From: Eledone cirrhosa
Taxonomy: Eukaryota
Length of the DNA stretch: 64,000 nt
NCBI GenBank assembly: GCA_964016885.1
Contig: OZ024740.1
Span: forward strand, 238,328,001-238,392,000
Reading direction: 5' to 3'
Below, piece by piece: positions 1-12,198 of the stretch. Both the position numbers and the translations under genes were made by a program. Each line of letters opens with the position of its first letter. The stretch's first letter is position 1. The notes beneath the pieces are model-generated. The model was not told the DNA's origin. It was given only the letters and a program-made list of their open reading frames with translations, and ran no database searches.

Positions 1-113
1 ATGGGCAGCCAAAGTCATAACCAATACACCTATATACATCAACAAGCTGCTGCATAACCAGGTCATACATAGGAAAATCAGTACCCAAGGTTTGGGGACA
101 AACCTTGTATATA

Positions 114-1002
114 CAGGGTGCAGACGATATTTGTTCGCAAGATTACTGTCTAGGAAAATGTAACACTGTAGTTTTATTTTTTAAGATATATTTATCAAAC
201 TTGGGTCAGTTTGTCTTCATGACTTGTTCTTTCGATCTCACTTGATAAACCCGCCATTGGCTTTGATGACGGCCCCAAGGCGGCCTCGGAACCGGCTACA
301 GGCCTTCATCACTGTCCCTCGACTTAGGCCCCTAAAAGCACTTGTGATCCTGGCCTTCAGATCGTCTTTCATATTGCAACTAGATCTGTTGGTGTCTCGT
401 TCCACTGCGCCCCACACAAAGAAATCGAGGGGGTTGCAGTCAGGCGAGCTGGGAGGCCAGATGTCAGGTGGAGTGTGGTCAACAAAGTTCTCTGACAGCC
501 AGGCTTGGGTCTTTCAGCTGGTATGGCAGGGCGCCGAGTCTTGCTGCCACACTTATGGCCTACCTGCAGCTACCTGGTCGATCCAGGGCTTTACTATTTC
601 GCTCAGAACGCAGATGTAGCCATCGGTGATAGCTTGAGGCCCTCAGGGAAGAAGTGAGGTGGCATGACGTCATCTTGACTGCTGATGACACCTAAGACCA
701 ATGTTGTCGCTGGAAACTGTCTGCAGGACTCTGGGCACGTCTTTGGATGAGACATCATTCTCCTGCTGACGCTAAGAAAGTCTGAAATTTTCTTATTTGT
801 CCTCCCGGCGCGGATTCCAAGAAGAACTCCGTGTCTCTTCCACAAGTTTGGAGGTTCAAAATTATTCATAATCAATTATTCTGAAAATAAATAATGGAAA
901 TATAGTCACTGTTTTTATGAAGACAAGAGTGACAACGGAAGTTAAAAAAATTGGCATAAAATTATCAGTTGAAAATTGCGAACAAATATCGTCCTCACCC
1001 TG
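114..1002 (-). mobile_element. Tc1/mariner DD37D (maT/mori-type) DNA transposon, internally deleted
   Basis: TIRs CAGGGTGCAGACGATATTTGTTCGCAA / TTGCGAACAAATATCGTCCTCACCCTG flanked by TA. Minus strand encodes a broken transposase WQQDSAPCH...WPPSSPDCNPLD with 37 residues between the last two Asp. Confidence 0.9.
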
Positions 1003-1150
1003 TATATATCATTTAATGTCCATCTTCCACACTAGCATAATTGTTTCAAAATTTTTACTCATACCAATGGCCAGTAAAACAACTAATATCATATTACTGA
1101 TATAAGTTACACACACACACACACCATCATTATCATCATGCAATACTCAC

Positions 1151-1356
1151 TGTTGGCAGTTGAAGACTATTGGCTATTAACAATTCTGCTGATTGCTTGG
1201 CGTCAGGAATACCAGACAATGACATTTTTATAGTCCAGTTCTGACATAATTCTCCTACAGTTATAGCTGGTACGTCTGCTGCTGATGATGAAAATTTATA
1301 GTCATAACGCTTTTGAAACAAGCATAATGGTATACTTGGACACCGCAGAAGAGGCT
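1151..1356 (-). CDS. HEMK1: HEMK1-like mitochondrial release factor N5-glutamine methyltransferase, coding exon 2
   Basis: Acceptor ttttctgtctttatatatcAG at 1357 and donor GTGAGT at 1150. Translation (E)PLLRCPSIPLCLFQKRYDYKFSSSAADVPAITVGELCQNWTIKMSLSGIPDAKQSAELLIANSLQLPT resembles the HEMK1/PrmC N-terminus (recalled human [34 protein letters not shown]). Phase matches exon 1. The gene continues left of the window. Confidence 0.8.
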
Positions 1357-1441
1357 CTGATATATAAAGACAGAAAAATAAAATACATCAGAATGAAGAA
1401 AATTCGTACAGAATTATTCAGTTTAAAATAATTTTATTATA

Positions 1442-1609
1442 TGTGGGTCAGCTGAAAAGTTAATAGATTGACTATGAAGGATTGATGCTAGAGCTTTGAA
1501 ATCTTGCATGCATTGATTTCAATGTTTCTTATAATAACTGCATTGTTTCTTTCCAGGGACTATGTTGAAAAATAAACCTCCAGCCTATGAACTTTTCAGC
1601 CAGCCCGCC
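1442..1609 (+). mobile_element. mariner-derived MITE
   Basis: Degenerate TIRs (GGGTCAGCTGAAAAGTT / AACTTTTCAGCCAGCCC). The 5' part is homologous to the mariner at 2670 and is joined to the transposase end GACTATGTTGAAAAATAA (DYVEK*). Confidence 0.75.
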
Positions 1610-1619
1610 TATATACCTG

Positions 1620-1957
1620 TCTGTCTCCCTTTGAAGGTGAAATTTATATTTATCCTGTGGTTTTTGATGAACAAATCTAACCTTCAAAACTGTCAGAAGT
1701 TATTTCTTTTCTAGTTAACCCTCTCTCCAGCCAGCTGTCAATCAATCAGGAGTACTTTGGTGGGAACTGGAATTTTTGGGGTGGGGGAAATCACAGAAGA
1801 CAATTTACGAAGGTGTTGAAAGCCACCAAACTGACAGATGGAAGGAGAGTTAACTAAAAAAAAAACAAATAATTTCCAACTGTTTTGAAGGTCAGATGTA
1901 CTCAAAATATATCAAAAACCATAGGAAAAACAAATTTCACCTCCAAAGAGAGACGGA
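1620..1957. mobile_element. foldback MITE with ~120-bp imperfect inverted arms
   Basis: CTGTCTCCCTTTGAAGGTGAAATTT...CTGTCA (1621-1740) mirrors TGACAG...AAATTTCACCTCCAAAGAGAGACGG (1832-1956). Confidence 0.65.
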
Positions 1958-2065
1958 TGAAATAATAAAAACTAACTGTTTAAACCTTTCCTTCTCATAT
2001 TTCTAATAAAAATAATCAAGAATTTGGGATTTTTTTTGTGATATAATTAACTTTTTCATTGTTAA

Positions 2066-2275
2066 CCCTTTAGTATTTAAACCGGCTGTATCCGGCTAGA
2101 AAGTTCTCACCTCTTTCTGTTCAAACTGGCTGCTCACACTGATGTTAAGGCATTGTTCTCAAAATAAATAATATCAAGATCTGATATATTCGATATTATG
2201 TGAGATAATTATGTGAGGAAAAGCCTTTACCGTGAAAATATAATAATGTAATACAGTAATGTAAATGCTAAAGGA
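2066..2275 (+). mobile_element. piggyBac-type MITE (family of ~210-225 bp)
   Basis: TTAA|CCCTTTAG(C/T)ATTTA...TAAATGCTAAAGG(G/A)|TTAA; the same family occurs at 38037, 41901, 53212 and 63292. Confidence 0.8.
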
Positions 2276-2669
2276 TTAAATGTTTTGCAGCATATAGTTA
2301 CATTCCTTTATGTTCTGAGCTCAAATTCTGCCAAGGTTAGCTTTGCCTTTCACCCTTACAGGATCAATAAAATAAAGTATCAGTAACATACTGGGTTGAT
2401 TCAGCTAACTTTCCCCTCTCCCAAAATTTGACTTTGTGCCTAAATCAGAAAGCTGGTATTTGAATTATAACAAAAATTTCTTACATAAAATTATGATGGT
2501 AGGTTTAAATTAAAATATGAATATTTTAAAATAAACTGCCGTGTATCATAAGGGCTAAAGTTTGTCTCAATTTCTGAAATGAAAAATTATTCTTATAATA
2601 AACTGATTTATTGGGATTAATGTCTTCATCTTCCTGATATAATAGGTAAGTGCTAAATGTACTAGTCCA

Positions 2670-3603
2670 TGAGGGTGGACTGAAAAGTTCATAGACTGTC
2701 CATGAATGAGTGATGCTAGAGTAGTGAAATCTTGCATATATTAATTTCAAATCTTAATAACTGCATTGTTTCTTTCCAGGTAAACTGACATCTCATTGTT
2801 CAAAGAAGACTTCAAAAGCAACTAGTACCGACTTCTCTAGAAAAAGGGTTTAGCTCCCAAGGATATTCATGCTGACAGGATTGCTACATTAAATGATGCA
2901 TTAGCTTTATCAACAGTGCAAAAGTGGGCAGCTAAATTTAAGAGGGGAAGGGAGTCTTGAAGACAATCCAAGGTCGGAACATCCTGCAACTGCCACCACC
3001 AAGGAAAACTTTGATTATGTTCACCATGTGGTATGGATGATAGGCAATTGACTATAAATCAAATAGTCAATGCTATTAGCATATCCTGTATGAAAGTTGA
3101 GAATATTCTGCACAATGAACTTGGCATGAGAAAGCTTTCTGCTTGGAGTATACCATGTATTCTTACACCTGATCAAAAGCACACCAGGCTGATCACATCA
3201 CAGAAAAATTTGACATTGTTTGAGACAGATCCAGCTGGTTTCCTTGAACATTTCCTAATCCAGGATGAGTGTTGGGTTCATCACTGAGCCAGAAACAAAG
3301 GGACAATTCCTGCAGTAGAAACACCCCTCTTCACCTGCTCCAAAGGAGGACAAGGTCATTTCATCTGCAGACAAGGTGATGGCTTGTTTTGTAGGGGATG
3401 CAAAGTGTTTGACTATCTTCAAAAGGGCAACATCATCAATGGAGAGTAGTTACAAAAGGCTATCAAAACCAAACGCCCAGGAAAACTAATGAAGAGATTT
3501 TGTTTCAACAGGATGATGCACCAGCACACAAATTTTTAATTTCAGTGGCTGTTGTGCATGGCTGTGGCTTTCAACTGATTGATTTGACTATCTTCCTCTT
3601 CTC
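2670..3603 (+). mobile_element. degenerate mariner transposon, 3'-truncated
   Basis: Left TIR GAGGGTGGACTGAAAAGTTCATAG. Broken transposase DDRQLTINQI...LGMRKLSAW...IQDECWVHH...FQQDDAPAH with stops and frameshifts. Confidence 0.85.
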
Positions 3604-3821
3604 TGCATTGTGGGCAGCGGAGCCCGGGATTGTGGTCAAAGCAACAAGGTTGGAGGCAGTGAACGAGTCGCTGCACATCGCATATATATATATATCGGAA
3701 AAAATGAAACGAAATTTCATTTCCCACTCTTAGTACGGCGTGTACATACTTATATATATCATCATCGTTTAACGTCTATCTTCCACGCTAGCATGTATAT
3801 ATATATATATATACACAACTG

Positions 3822-6063
3822 TTAGAGAGAAGAGGAGTAGATGTATGCTGTGCACAAGAAGTGAGAAGGAGGGTGCCTCAGCAAGACTAATTACAGGTAA
3901 GCAACTTAGATATAAACTCTACTAGGTAGAAAATGACAATGGGGTAGGAGGTGTCGGCATCCTACTAACTGAAAATTGATAGATAAGGTAATAGAGGTAT
4001 TTAGAATAAGTGACAGAATCATTAAGCTTAGATTAACTCTAATAAATAGACTGGTGACAATCACATCAACCTATGTTCTGCTGGCAGGACTGGGTAAAGA
4101 ACAAATGGACAGTTTCTATGAGAAACTTTTACAGACAACTTCAGGTATTGACGAAAGAGACCTCATCATCTTGGCAGGTGACTTCAATGGACATGTGGGA
4201 CAGTACCAGGATAGCTTCAGTGGAGTACATGGTGGCTGTGGTTATGGCTGAAGGAATGAAAAGGGGCTGAGACTCCTGGAATTCTGTGATACAAATGAAC
4301 TAACCATCTGCAACACAAATTTCAGGAAACCAGCCAACCACCTGATTCCATATCAATCTGGTGAACACACAAGCAAATTGATTACTTACTTGTTAGACAA
4401 CATGTCAAATGGACTGTAATAAATATTTAGGCCTTCCCTGGGGAAAAATACACTGCCCAGCATGAGTTAGTTATTAGTGACATCAAAATAAACAAAAGAT
4501 AGAACAAGACACACAAGAAAATATGGAGACAGAAGGTGTGGAAGCTAAAGGACCTCTCTGTTAAACATAAGTTTAGAAAGGCACTACGGCTGCACTTGAT
4601 GAGAGGGGTGACGAGCTAGATACACATAAAGTAGAGAACAACTGGAAATTCCTATGCGACAACCTTTTGCATATTAGTGCGACTTGCAGCTGGAGTAAAG
4701 CACCAGCCAGACAGAGGGTGGCCTGATGGTGGACAGCACAGTAGATACAGCCATTAAAGCCAAGAGACAGGCATGGGAAGACTGGAAAAAATGGGGGTAG
4801 CAGAGACAAGTACCAAGTAGCTAAGAAAGAAGCTAGGTGACAGATATACACAGCTCAGAGAGAGGCTGAAAAAAGAAAATTTGCCAATGTCTTGAGATGT
4901 GAGGATCAGAGATGTGAAGTGTTCCATATTGCAAGGCAGTGTGTTAGTGTACATCGAGATGTTGTTGGGGTAAAATGTGTTAGAAATTACACTGGTGCAC
5001 TTAGCACCACTGATGCCCCAAAGAAAGAAGCCTGGAAATGTTACTATGAGAGATTGATGAATGTAGAGACTGGATGGGAGGAAGGGAAACTACCCCAAAC
5101 TTACCCAAAGGAAGGTCCAGCTACAGAAGTTGATAGTTTTAGGGTCAAAGACACAATCAAGGAGATGAAGAATGGAAAAGCTGTGGAACCATCACAAATA
5201 GTTGCTGAGATGCTAAAAGTATCGGGAAAGGTAGGAGTCAAACTAATAACCTGTAAAGTAAATCAAGTAATACATGATGGAGTCATACCCAATGACTGGT
5301 GCAGCAGTACAATCAGAAATTGCTACAAAGCAAAAGTGATGCTCTAGAAAGGAGCAACTATAGAGGAATAAAATTAATGGACCAAGTTATGAAAGTAACA
5401 GAAAGAATTATAGTGCATCTAATTAGGGAAAGACATCTCAAAACATGGTTTATAGCTTCTATCTAGGTGACCTAAATAAACAGCAGAGGAAAGTACGCCG
5501 AGAATATAATAGCTAGAATAAGGATAGGATAGGATGGTAGAAGTTTAGGGAACTGCTCCCACTGCTGACAACAAAAGGTCTCTCCCTGCATGCAAAAGGA
5601 AGGCTGAATGATGCCTGTGCGCAGTGCGCAATACTGCATGGTAGTGAAACATGGGTTGTGACTGCAGGGGATAAGTGTAAACTGGAGAGAAATGAAACAA
5701 CCATGTTTCGTTGGGTGTGCAATGTAAATGTGAGAGAAAGGCAGTGCTTGGACAAATTGAGGGTGAAGCTGGGTTTATGGGAATCTGAGGTGGTATATAG
5801 GAGAGAAGACTGTGTTGGTATGGACATGTGATTCACATGGACAATGACCGATGGGTGAAGAAATGCTAGGAAATCCAAGTGAAGGAAGCCGCAGTAGAGG
5901 ATGACCAAGAAAGAACTGGGCAGAGGTTGTGAAAGCTGCCCTCAAATTGCTAAGACTGGAAGAGGAGATGACGAAGGAACATGACAAGTGGAGAGATGCT
6001 GTCCTGAGGACCCGTTCAACCCATAGAAGCGTGGAGAAGAGGGTGTAAAAACGATGATGATGA
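3822..6063 (+). mobile_element. old RTE LINE, APE endonuclease to C-terminus, RT core deleted
   Basis: VDVCCAQEVR, ILAGDFNGHVG, DACAQCAILHGSETW motifs with many stops; jump at about 5435-5455 skips the RT core; (GAT)n tail. Confidence 0.9.
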
Positions 6064-6618
6064 GTGGGGAGATAAAAATCCAAATTTATGCATGGTACCC
6101 CCGGCATGGCCTCAGCCCGTCTGTTGGAAAAAGTAAGATTAAACATTTTTTTGAAAGGAGAGCATACTAAAACCAAACTTAATCATTTCGTTAATTTAAA
6201 AATGTCTCTTATTTATTCCCTATTATCTTGAGTTACATTTTTAAATTCCATACTCAATCTTCACATTTACCAAACTTTCATGTACCTTCTTTGATTTTTT
6301 TTTTTTATTCATTATATATTTGAAATGGAAACAACGTGTTTATAACTTTTCCATCCATACTTGCATGGGTTGGACGGGTTGTCATGGTCCGAGACTAGGT
6401 GAGACGGAAAGACTTCATCTTGCGTATAAGTTCCATATTTGACATAGTTTCTACGACTGGATGGGCTTCCTAACACCAACCACCTAACTGGGTGTACCGT
6501 GTGCATTTTATCGTGGCACGAACACTAGCTCTTTACTGTGAGCACTGGCTACATTTTAATGCAATGTTTTTTGTTGTTTGTTCGTTTTTTTGTATTTTTG
6601 CTGCTACTTTCGGCGATA

Positions 6619-7528
6619 CTTGGTTTTAGTGTCCTAAATGATCATCATCGACAATCAGTTATTAGCTCCACCCACTACACGATACGTCACGGCACGTCAT
6701 CAGCTGCTGCTGCTTGATTTTTACATATTCATTATCTTACATGCTTTATTTTTACACGGAAAAATATTGAATTTTTATAATAAATATTTATTAAAATATT
6801 AACAGAGAAAATTAGATTTTTGATTGATTTTTTGAACAAAATAAATATTTATTTACAGTTTTTAACAGAAAAATATTGTTGCGAAATACATTTTTTAAAA
6901 AAAGATTTAGTTTTTAACAGAAAAAAAATGTCTTTAAACAATATATTGTTGCGATATACAGTTTAAAATATTTTCGAAACATTTATCTTCACCATCGCCA
7001 CTCAAACTCCCTTAAATACGACTGAAATAGTGGTCGGCTGGTACCATTGATGCGTTTCAGTTTTTTTTTTTTTTGGCATGAGACCACATCCCCTCAATAT
7101 TTTGCATATATTGTTTAAAGAAAAAAAAATACTGTATATCGCAACAATATATTGTTTAAAGAAATTGTTTTTTCTGTTAAAAACTGTAAATCTGTTTTTA
7201 AAAAATGTATTTCGCAACAATATTTTTCTGTTAAAAACTGTAAATAAATATTCATGTAAAAATGAAGCATAGTTTTTCTGTGAAAAACTGTAAATAAATA
7301 TTTATTTTGTTCAAAAAAAATCAATCAAAAATCTAATTTTCTCTGTTAATATTTTAATAAATATTTATTATAAAAATTCAATATTTTTCCGTGTAAAAAT
7401 GAAGCATGTAAGATAATGAATATGTAAAAATCAAGCAGCAGCAGCTGATGACGTGCGTGACGTGTCGTGTAGTGGGTGGAGCTAATAGCTGATTGTCGAT
7501 GATGATCATTTAGGACACTAAAAACAAG
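6619..7528. mobile_element. foldback element with ~340-bp near-perfect inverted arms
   Basis: About 6619-6964 is the reverse complement of about 7128-7528; internal subrepeats TTTTTAACAGAAAAA; no ORF; no TSD resolved. Confidence 0.8.
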
Positions 7529-7829
7529 CTTCTACAAGCCTCTTCCTCGCTTTCAATATACTCTTTTTTTAGTACGTAATAGAACATGCTCAGGTTCTAG
7601 CTGTAACAAATGAAAAGTGAAACTGAAAATGATGTGAAAACATATTTCAATCAATATTTCTATATTTCCTCAACGATGAATCATGATATTAAGCATCCTA
7701 AATGTAAATTTTGATGTTAGTTTGTGTGTTCGAAAAATCTGTTCGTTAAAGAAAGTTGTGTTCGTAGGATGTATTGTTGTTTTTCGTAACAGTATACTGC
7801 TTTTATCAAAACGTTCTTTATTCTTTTCA

Positions 7830-8237
7830 GAAAGTTAATTTTCATGTATGTTGTTTTAATGTTACAATATTAAAGAAAATGTAAAGGAAGGGGTGAATAA
7901 CCGAGCCAACACCAGAGCAAAAGACAGCAACGTAGCGAGGGGTACCGGGCAACCTCTCTAATGATTTTTTAGGCAAGCCAGCACACTCGCAGCATTACCT
8001 CGGGTGATGGCGAGATTAATGCGCTGGAACAACCAAGCGCCCTCGCGAGATTCGCCAGTTACCTCTATTAGGTGAGCCGCCAGTGAAGAGAGGAACCTCG
8101 CAGTCAGCGGCCCGCCTCCCCCAAACGTCTCGAAAGCCACAGGCTGAAAAATGTAGCTGGCCGACAGATCAGAGTATTTGAGGGTCTTACTCCGCTCGGC
8201 TGCGGAATCTGTGGCTCTCGTCTTAACCGCAGCATAG
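7830..8237 (-). mobile_element. CRE-type (RLE-bearing) non-LTR retrotransposon 3' fragment
   Basis: FQPVAFETFGGGGPLTARFLSSL...AWLFQRINLAITRGNAASVLACL, the C-terminal motif typical of CRE-clade ORFs. Confidence 0.8.
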
Positions 8238-8333
8238 AGGGTGTGAAGAAATCCTCATGTCTATATTGTTGCATTTAATAATAGAAATATTTTTCTTAAT
8301 ATTTCGAAGCACAAATGCTTTAAATAGTAAACA

Positions 8334-8760
8334 GTTCTTGTCACCGTTAGCAGCTCACCTTACCAAGGTGTCAGGTGATGCCTGGTTGTTTTAGCGCCTT
8401 AGCCTCGCCATCAACCGCGGTTTTTGCCTCAAAATATCCCCTTGACCCTTGTAATGTACGGCTGATAGTCGCACTTGGCGGTGAATTGATGGTCGTTTTT
8501 TGTTTTTGTTTCCTTTTCTTCTATTCTTTTCTTTTTCTCACGTTTTATTTGACTATATATGTTTGTGCATTACATTTGTAAGGTTCCTAACAATAATTAA
8601 TTGCATTTATTATTAGTGTTTATATTTTCATTCTGTAAGAACTATAAACAATTTGTAATATTATTTAATATACTGTGAACATCTTACATATGTGTTATAT
8701 GTCAAAGTGTTTTCATCTTGTTGGTTTTTCTCGACAGCAATTTGTGAATATAATAAAAAT
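8334..8760 (+). mobile_element. CRE-type retrotransposon 3' end
   Basis: AWLF*RLSLA remnant and 3' UTR homologous to 13200-13430. Confidence 0.65.
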
Positions 8761-8966
8761 ATGAATCCATAAAGATGCAATCTTGAAGTTTACATTTAGT
8801 TGTAAAAAAAAATAAGTGTCAGAATTCACCTTCAAAACGATGTAACGGTGATAACAGAGAAGTCATTATTGAAGTATCTATATCGACACAGCTGTTTACT
8901 AATTAAAACATACAATAGTTGTGATAGAAGTAAAAAGAAAACAAACATATATTCTTATATACTAAC

Positions 8967-9024
8967 CTGATACTGAAGATAAATTGAGAGAAGTTCGAGA
9001 AAGTTGGTAGAGTGAACGAAACAT
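8967..9024 (-). CDS. HEMK1: HEMK1-like coding exon 1 (mitochondrial presequence-like)
   Basis: aaacaATG context; MFRSLYQLSRTSLNLSSVS is R/S/L-rich with no acidic residues; donor cag|GTTAGT; 58 nt (phase 1) joins exon 2 in frame. Confidence 0.7.
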
Positions 9025-9029
9025 TGTTT

Positions 9030-9120
9030 TGAAAACAGCGAGAGATAAAATAAGACAACTTCCGTTCAGATCATGTACAGCACTTGTGGTTATTGTTGTT
9101 GGCAACATGTGAAAGTGACA
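9030..9120 (-). promoter_or_regulatory. putative HEMK1 5' UTR/proximal promoter with ETS-type site
   Basis: CGGAAGT on the minus strand at about 9058-9064, some 35 nt upstream of the ATG, in non-repetitive sequence. Confidence 0.4.
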
Positions 9121-9133
9121 GCTTAATTCAATA

Positions 9134-9166
<33 letters not shown>

Positions 9167-9360
9167 CATTATTATATTTTTTTCATTATCATTTTTTTTA
9201 CATAGATTTTATTTACAATTGTATAAATTTACAGTTGAATAACATTAAAAATATGTTTTAAATATATACATAAATAACATTACAAATGCAGAAATAACAA
9301 ATTTATCGCAATCCGTTCAGAGAACATTACAAATATAACGTCTAAGCCGTGTATAAATAT

Positions 9361-9737
9361 ATAATTGTTTCTACCTTGGCACAAGGCCAGCAAATACCCA
9401 GTACGTTACTGGTACTTTATTTTATTGACCCCGTAAGGATGAAAGGCAAAGTTAACCTCGGCGGGATTTGAACTCAGATCATAAAGTGACGTAACTCTAT
9501 GCTTCAAAGCATGGTGTCCGACTCTCTACCGATACTGCCAATTCATTGAACAATAATTGTTTCTACTTTTGGCACCAGGCCAGCAATTATCTCAGTACAT
9601 TACTGGTACTTTATTTTATCGACCCCGTAAGGATGAAAGGCAAAGTTAACCGGCGGGATTTGAACTCAGATCATAAAGGGAGGTAACTCTATGCTTCAAA
9701 GCATGGCGCCCGACCCTTTACCGATACTACCAATCCA
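9361..9737 (-). mobile_element. two tandem tRNA-derived SINEs (family A)
   Basis: Reverse complement of head TGGCAGTATCGG...GAGTTCAAATCC, central CTTTGCCTTTCATCCTTACGGGGTCGATAAAATAAAGTACCAG and tail AGAAACAATTAT; copies at about 9361-9545 and 9553-9737. Confidence 0.85.
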
Positions 9738-9769
9738 AAAGGAAAGAAAAAAGAGATGGGGACAATTCA

Positions 9770-10831
9770 CCAAATGCGACAATTGGCTGCACCTCACACC
9801 TTGGGGGATTAACTACATACTTTGAAGCAAGCCAACACACTCGCAGCATTACCATGGGTGATGGTGCTGAAAAAACCAGGCACCCTCACGGGCATCACCT
9901 GAAACCTCAGTAACGGGAGTCGCCAATGAAGACAAGAATTTCGCTGTCAGCAGCCCAACTCCACCAAACGTCTCAAATGTCAAAGGCTGAAAAAAATAGT
10001 TATTTGATAAGTCCAGGTTTTTCCGAATTTTATTCCGTTCAGCAGCGGAAGCAGTGATCCCCACATTCACTGCGGCATCCATGATGTGGGAGGGAGCAAA
10101 AGAGTCACTGACTTACCACAGTGGCATCTAAGACCCCACAGACGTCAGCTCCAACTTGAAGTGCAATGGAGATGCAGAGTTCATCCTGACTGAGAATGCC
10201 ACCAATATTGGCCACAGGTAGGGCATCAATCCAATTCCCAGAGGACTTTGTGCTAACAGAAAGTAAGCGGCACATAGAAAATTGATCGGAAAGATCAAAG
10301 AGAGCGTGGAAATTTTCCCTCAAACGCAGATTATCTCATACTCTCCACTTCCGTCTATCCTCATCAGTAACGGGAACTGACAAACCCAACTCTCCCCACT
10401 GTAGTAAAGCTTCATCCAACTCCCTGGTGGAACTAGTCCAAGTTGGGAAGGAGAGGATGTCACCTGCTAAAGAGGAGCAACTGTAGATGGAGGAAAGATT
10501 GCAAGGTAGGAACAATGAAGTACACTTACACAGACCAATACCTCCAAACCGTTTAGGTAAGGCAGCTTGGTCGCAGGACTCTGGAGAGAGTTGGACATTG
10601 ACCAAATCCTCAAGCTTACTGAATATTAGGTCATCGAAGCGTTGGCGAGACAACAAGAATTTGTAAGAGGGACTAACTCTAAGGAAATACAACTTAGGGA
10701 TTGACAAATAATTCCGAAGAATAAAAAAACCTTGGTGAGGCTCAATGACATCCAGGTTTTTTAAAACTTGCTTGAGGTTAACCAACTTAGATTGAAAGAT
10801 GGACTCAAAGGATTGGTCAGTAACTGGGGCC

Positions 10832-10833
<2 letters not shown>
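9770..10833 (-). mobile_element. CRE-type retrotransposon, 5'-truncated
   Basis: LRNYLSIPKLYFLR, QAALPKRFGGIGL, WIDALPVANIG, FQPLTFETFGG motifs; the truncated 5' end abuts (TA)n at 10834. Confidence 0.85.
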
Positions 10834-10886
<53 letters not shown>

Positions 10887-10931
10887 GAGAGTAAAACAAA
10901 GAATCCTTTAATACATCAAAAGTTTTTATTA

Positions 10932-10969
10932 GCCGACAATGTTTCGTCCTATTAAGGACTCATCAGGGC
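10932..10969 (-). ncRNA. minimal type I hammerhead ribozyme
   Basis: Reverse complement of the motif at 11262-11299. Confidence 0.8.
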
Positions 10970-11261
10970 AATCAAAACAACAAGAAGTAATATCGGCAGA
11001 TACAAGCCGGAAGCTCCGAAGAATATGGAGTGTACATACACTAAAGTCTTGCAAAAATATATGATCAAAATAAAAATAAAAATAATAAAAATATATAATA
11101 AGGGCGGTGCCCCAGCATGGCCTCAGCCGGATGGCTGAAACAGGTAAAAGAGTAAAAGAGTAATAAGAATATATTTTTGCAAGACTTTAGTGTATGTACA
11201 CTCCATATTCTTCGGAGCTTCCGGCTTGTATCTGCCGGTATTACTTCTTGTTGTTTTGATT

Positions 11262-11299
11262 GCCCTGATGAGTCCTTAATAGGACGAAACATTGTCGGC
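11262..11299 (+). ncRNA. minimal type I hammerhead ribozyme
   Basis: GCC-CTGATGA-GTCC ttaata GGAC-GAAA-C att G-TC-GGC: canonical core, 4-bp stem II, GUC cleavage triplet; AATAAA follows at 11301. Confidence 0.85.
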
Positions 11300-11477
11300 T
11301 AATAAAAACTTTTGATGTATTATAGGATTCTTTGTTTTACTCTCTTAATTTTTTGGCTCTGTTTAACTGCATTGAGCTATACCTTTTACTGTCATTTCTA
11401 TAATACGAAGAGGGTGTTTAACTCCAACACGTTCCAGTATTCTAATCCTTATATATATATATATACACACACACACA

Positions 11478-11669
11478 TGAGGGTCGACAGAGAAGTTCAT
11501 AGGCTGACCAAGATACTCCCTCGGAATGACCAAATGTGGAATATTTTTCAACATAGTCCCTGGAAAGAAACAATGCAGTTATTAAGAGTTGAAATTAATG
11601 CCTGCAAGATTTCACAGCTCTAGTATCACTACTTCATAGTCAGCCTATGATCTTTTCAGCCAACCCTCG
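11478..11669 (-). mobile_element. mariner-derived MITE (same family as 1442-1609)
   Basis: TIRs GAGGGTCGACAGAGAAGTTCATAGGCTG / CAGCCTATGATCTTTTCAGCCAACCCTCG; same internal deletion junction as 1442-1609. Confidence 0.8.
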
Positions 11670-11674
11670 TATAT

Positions 11675-12198
11675 CATCATCACCGTTTTACGTCCGTTCT
11701 TCCATGCTAGCATGGGTTAGACGGGTTGTCCTGTTGTGGGCAGTGTCCGGTCGGCTGACCGTGCCTTGCTCATACGGGAACTGATTCTGACTTGATTTCT
11801 ACAACTGGGTGCCCTTCTTAACACCAACCTCATTTACAGTAAGTGCTGGGTGCTTTTTTTCCGTGGCGCCTACACGTCCACTCTATAGTGTGGGCTGGGT
11901 GCTTTTTTGCCGTGGCACCTCTACAACCACTTTGCAGTGGGAGAGGGTGGGGGCATATTGTCTATATGCTCCAGCTTCGGCTTGTACCTGTGGAGTGTCG
12001 GGTCTTCTGTATTACTGCGTGACGCCAGAGGTCATGGTCATGTGTCATCGCTTTTGAGAGGTGTAATTGGGTATGGTCGGCTTTTATCACCTCACCCCAG
12101 GTCTTCTTGGATCTCTCCACTCCGCAGTTTTCATCGACTTCTAGTGTTATGCACCTTTTTATGCAGCTGTCATCCTTCATATGCATCACATGTCCATG
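11675..12198 (-). mobile_element. RTE LINE 3' end
   Basis: GHVMHMKDDSCIKRC...KKTWGEVIK...DLWRHAVIQKTR followed by the 3' UTR and (GAT)n tail. Confidence 0.85.

Larger units (their letters stand above)
10882..11450. mobile_element. Penelope-like terminal-repeat fragment in inverted arrangement
   Basis: 181-bp arms 10882-11062 and 11169-11349 with about 2 mismatches, each carrying a hammerhead; flanked by (TA)n; the spacer holds a SINE/LINE tail. Confidence 0.75.
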
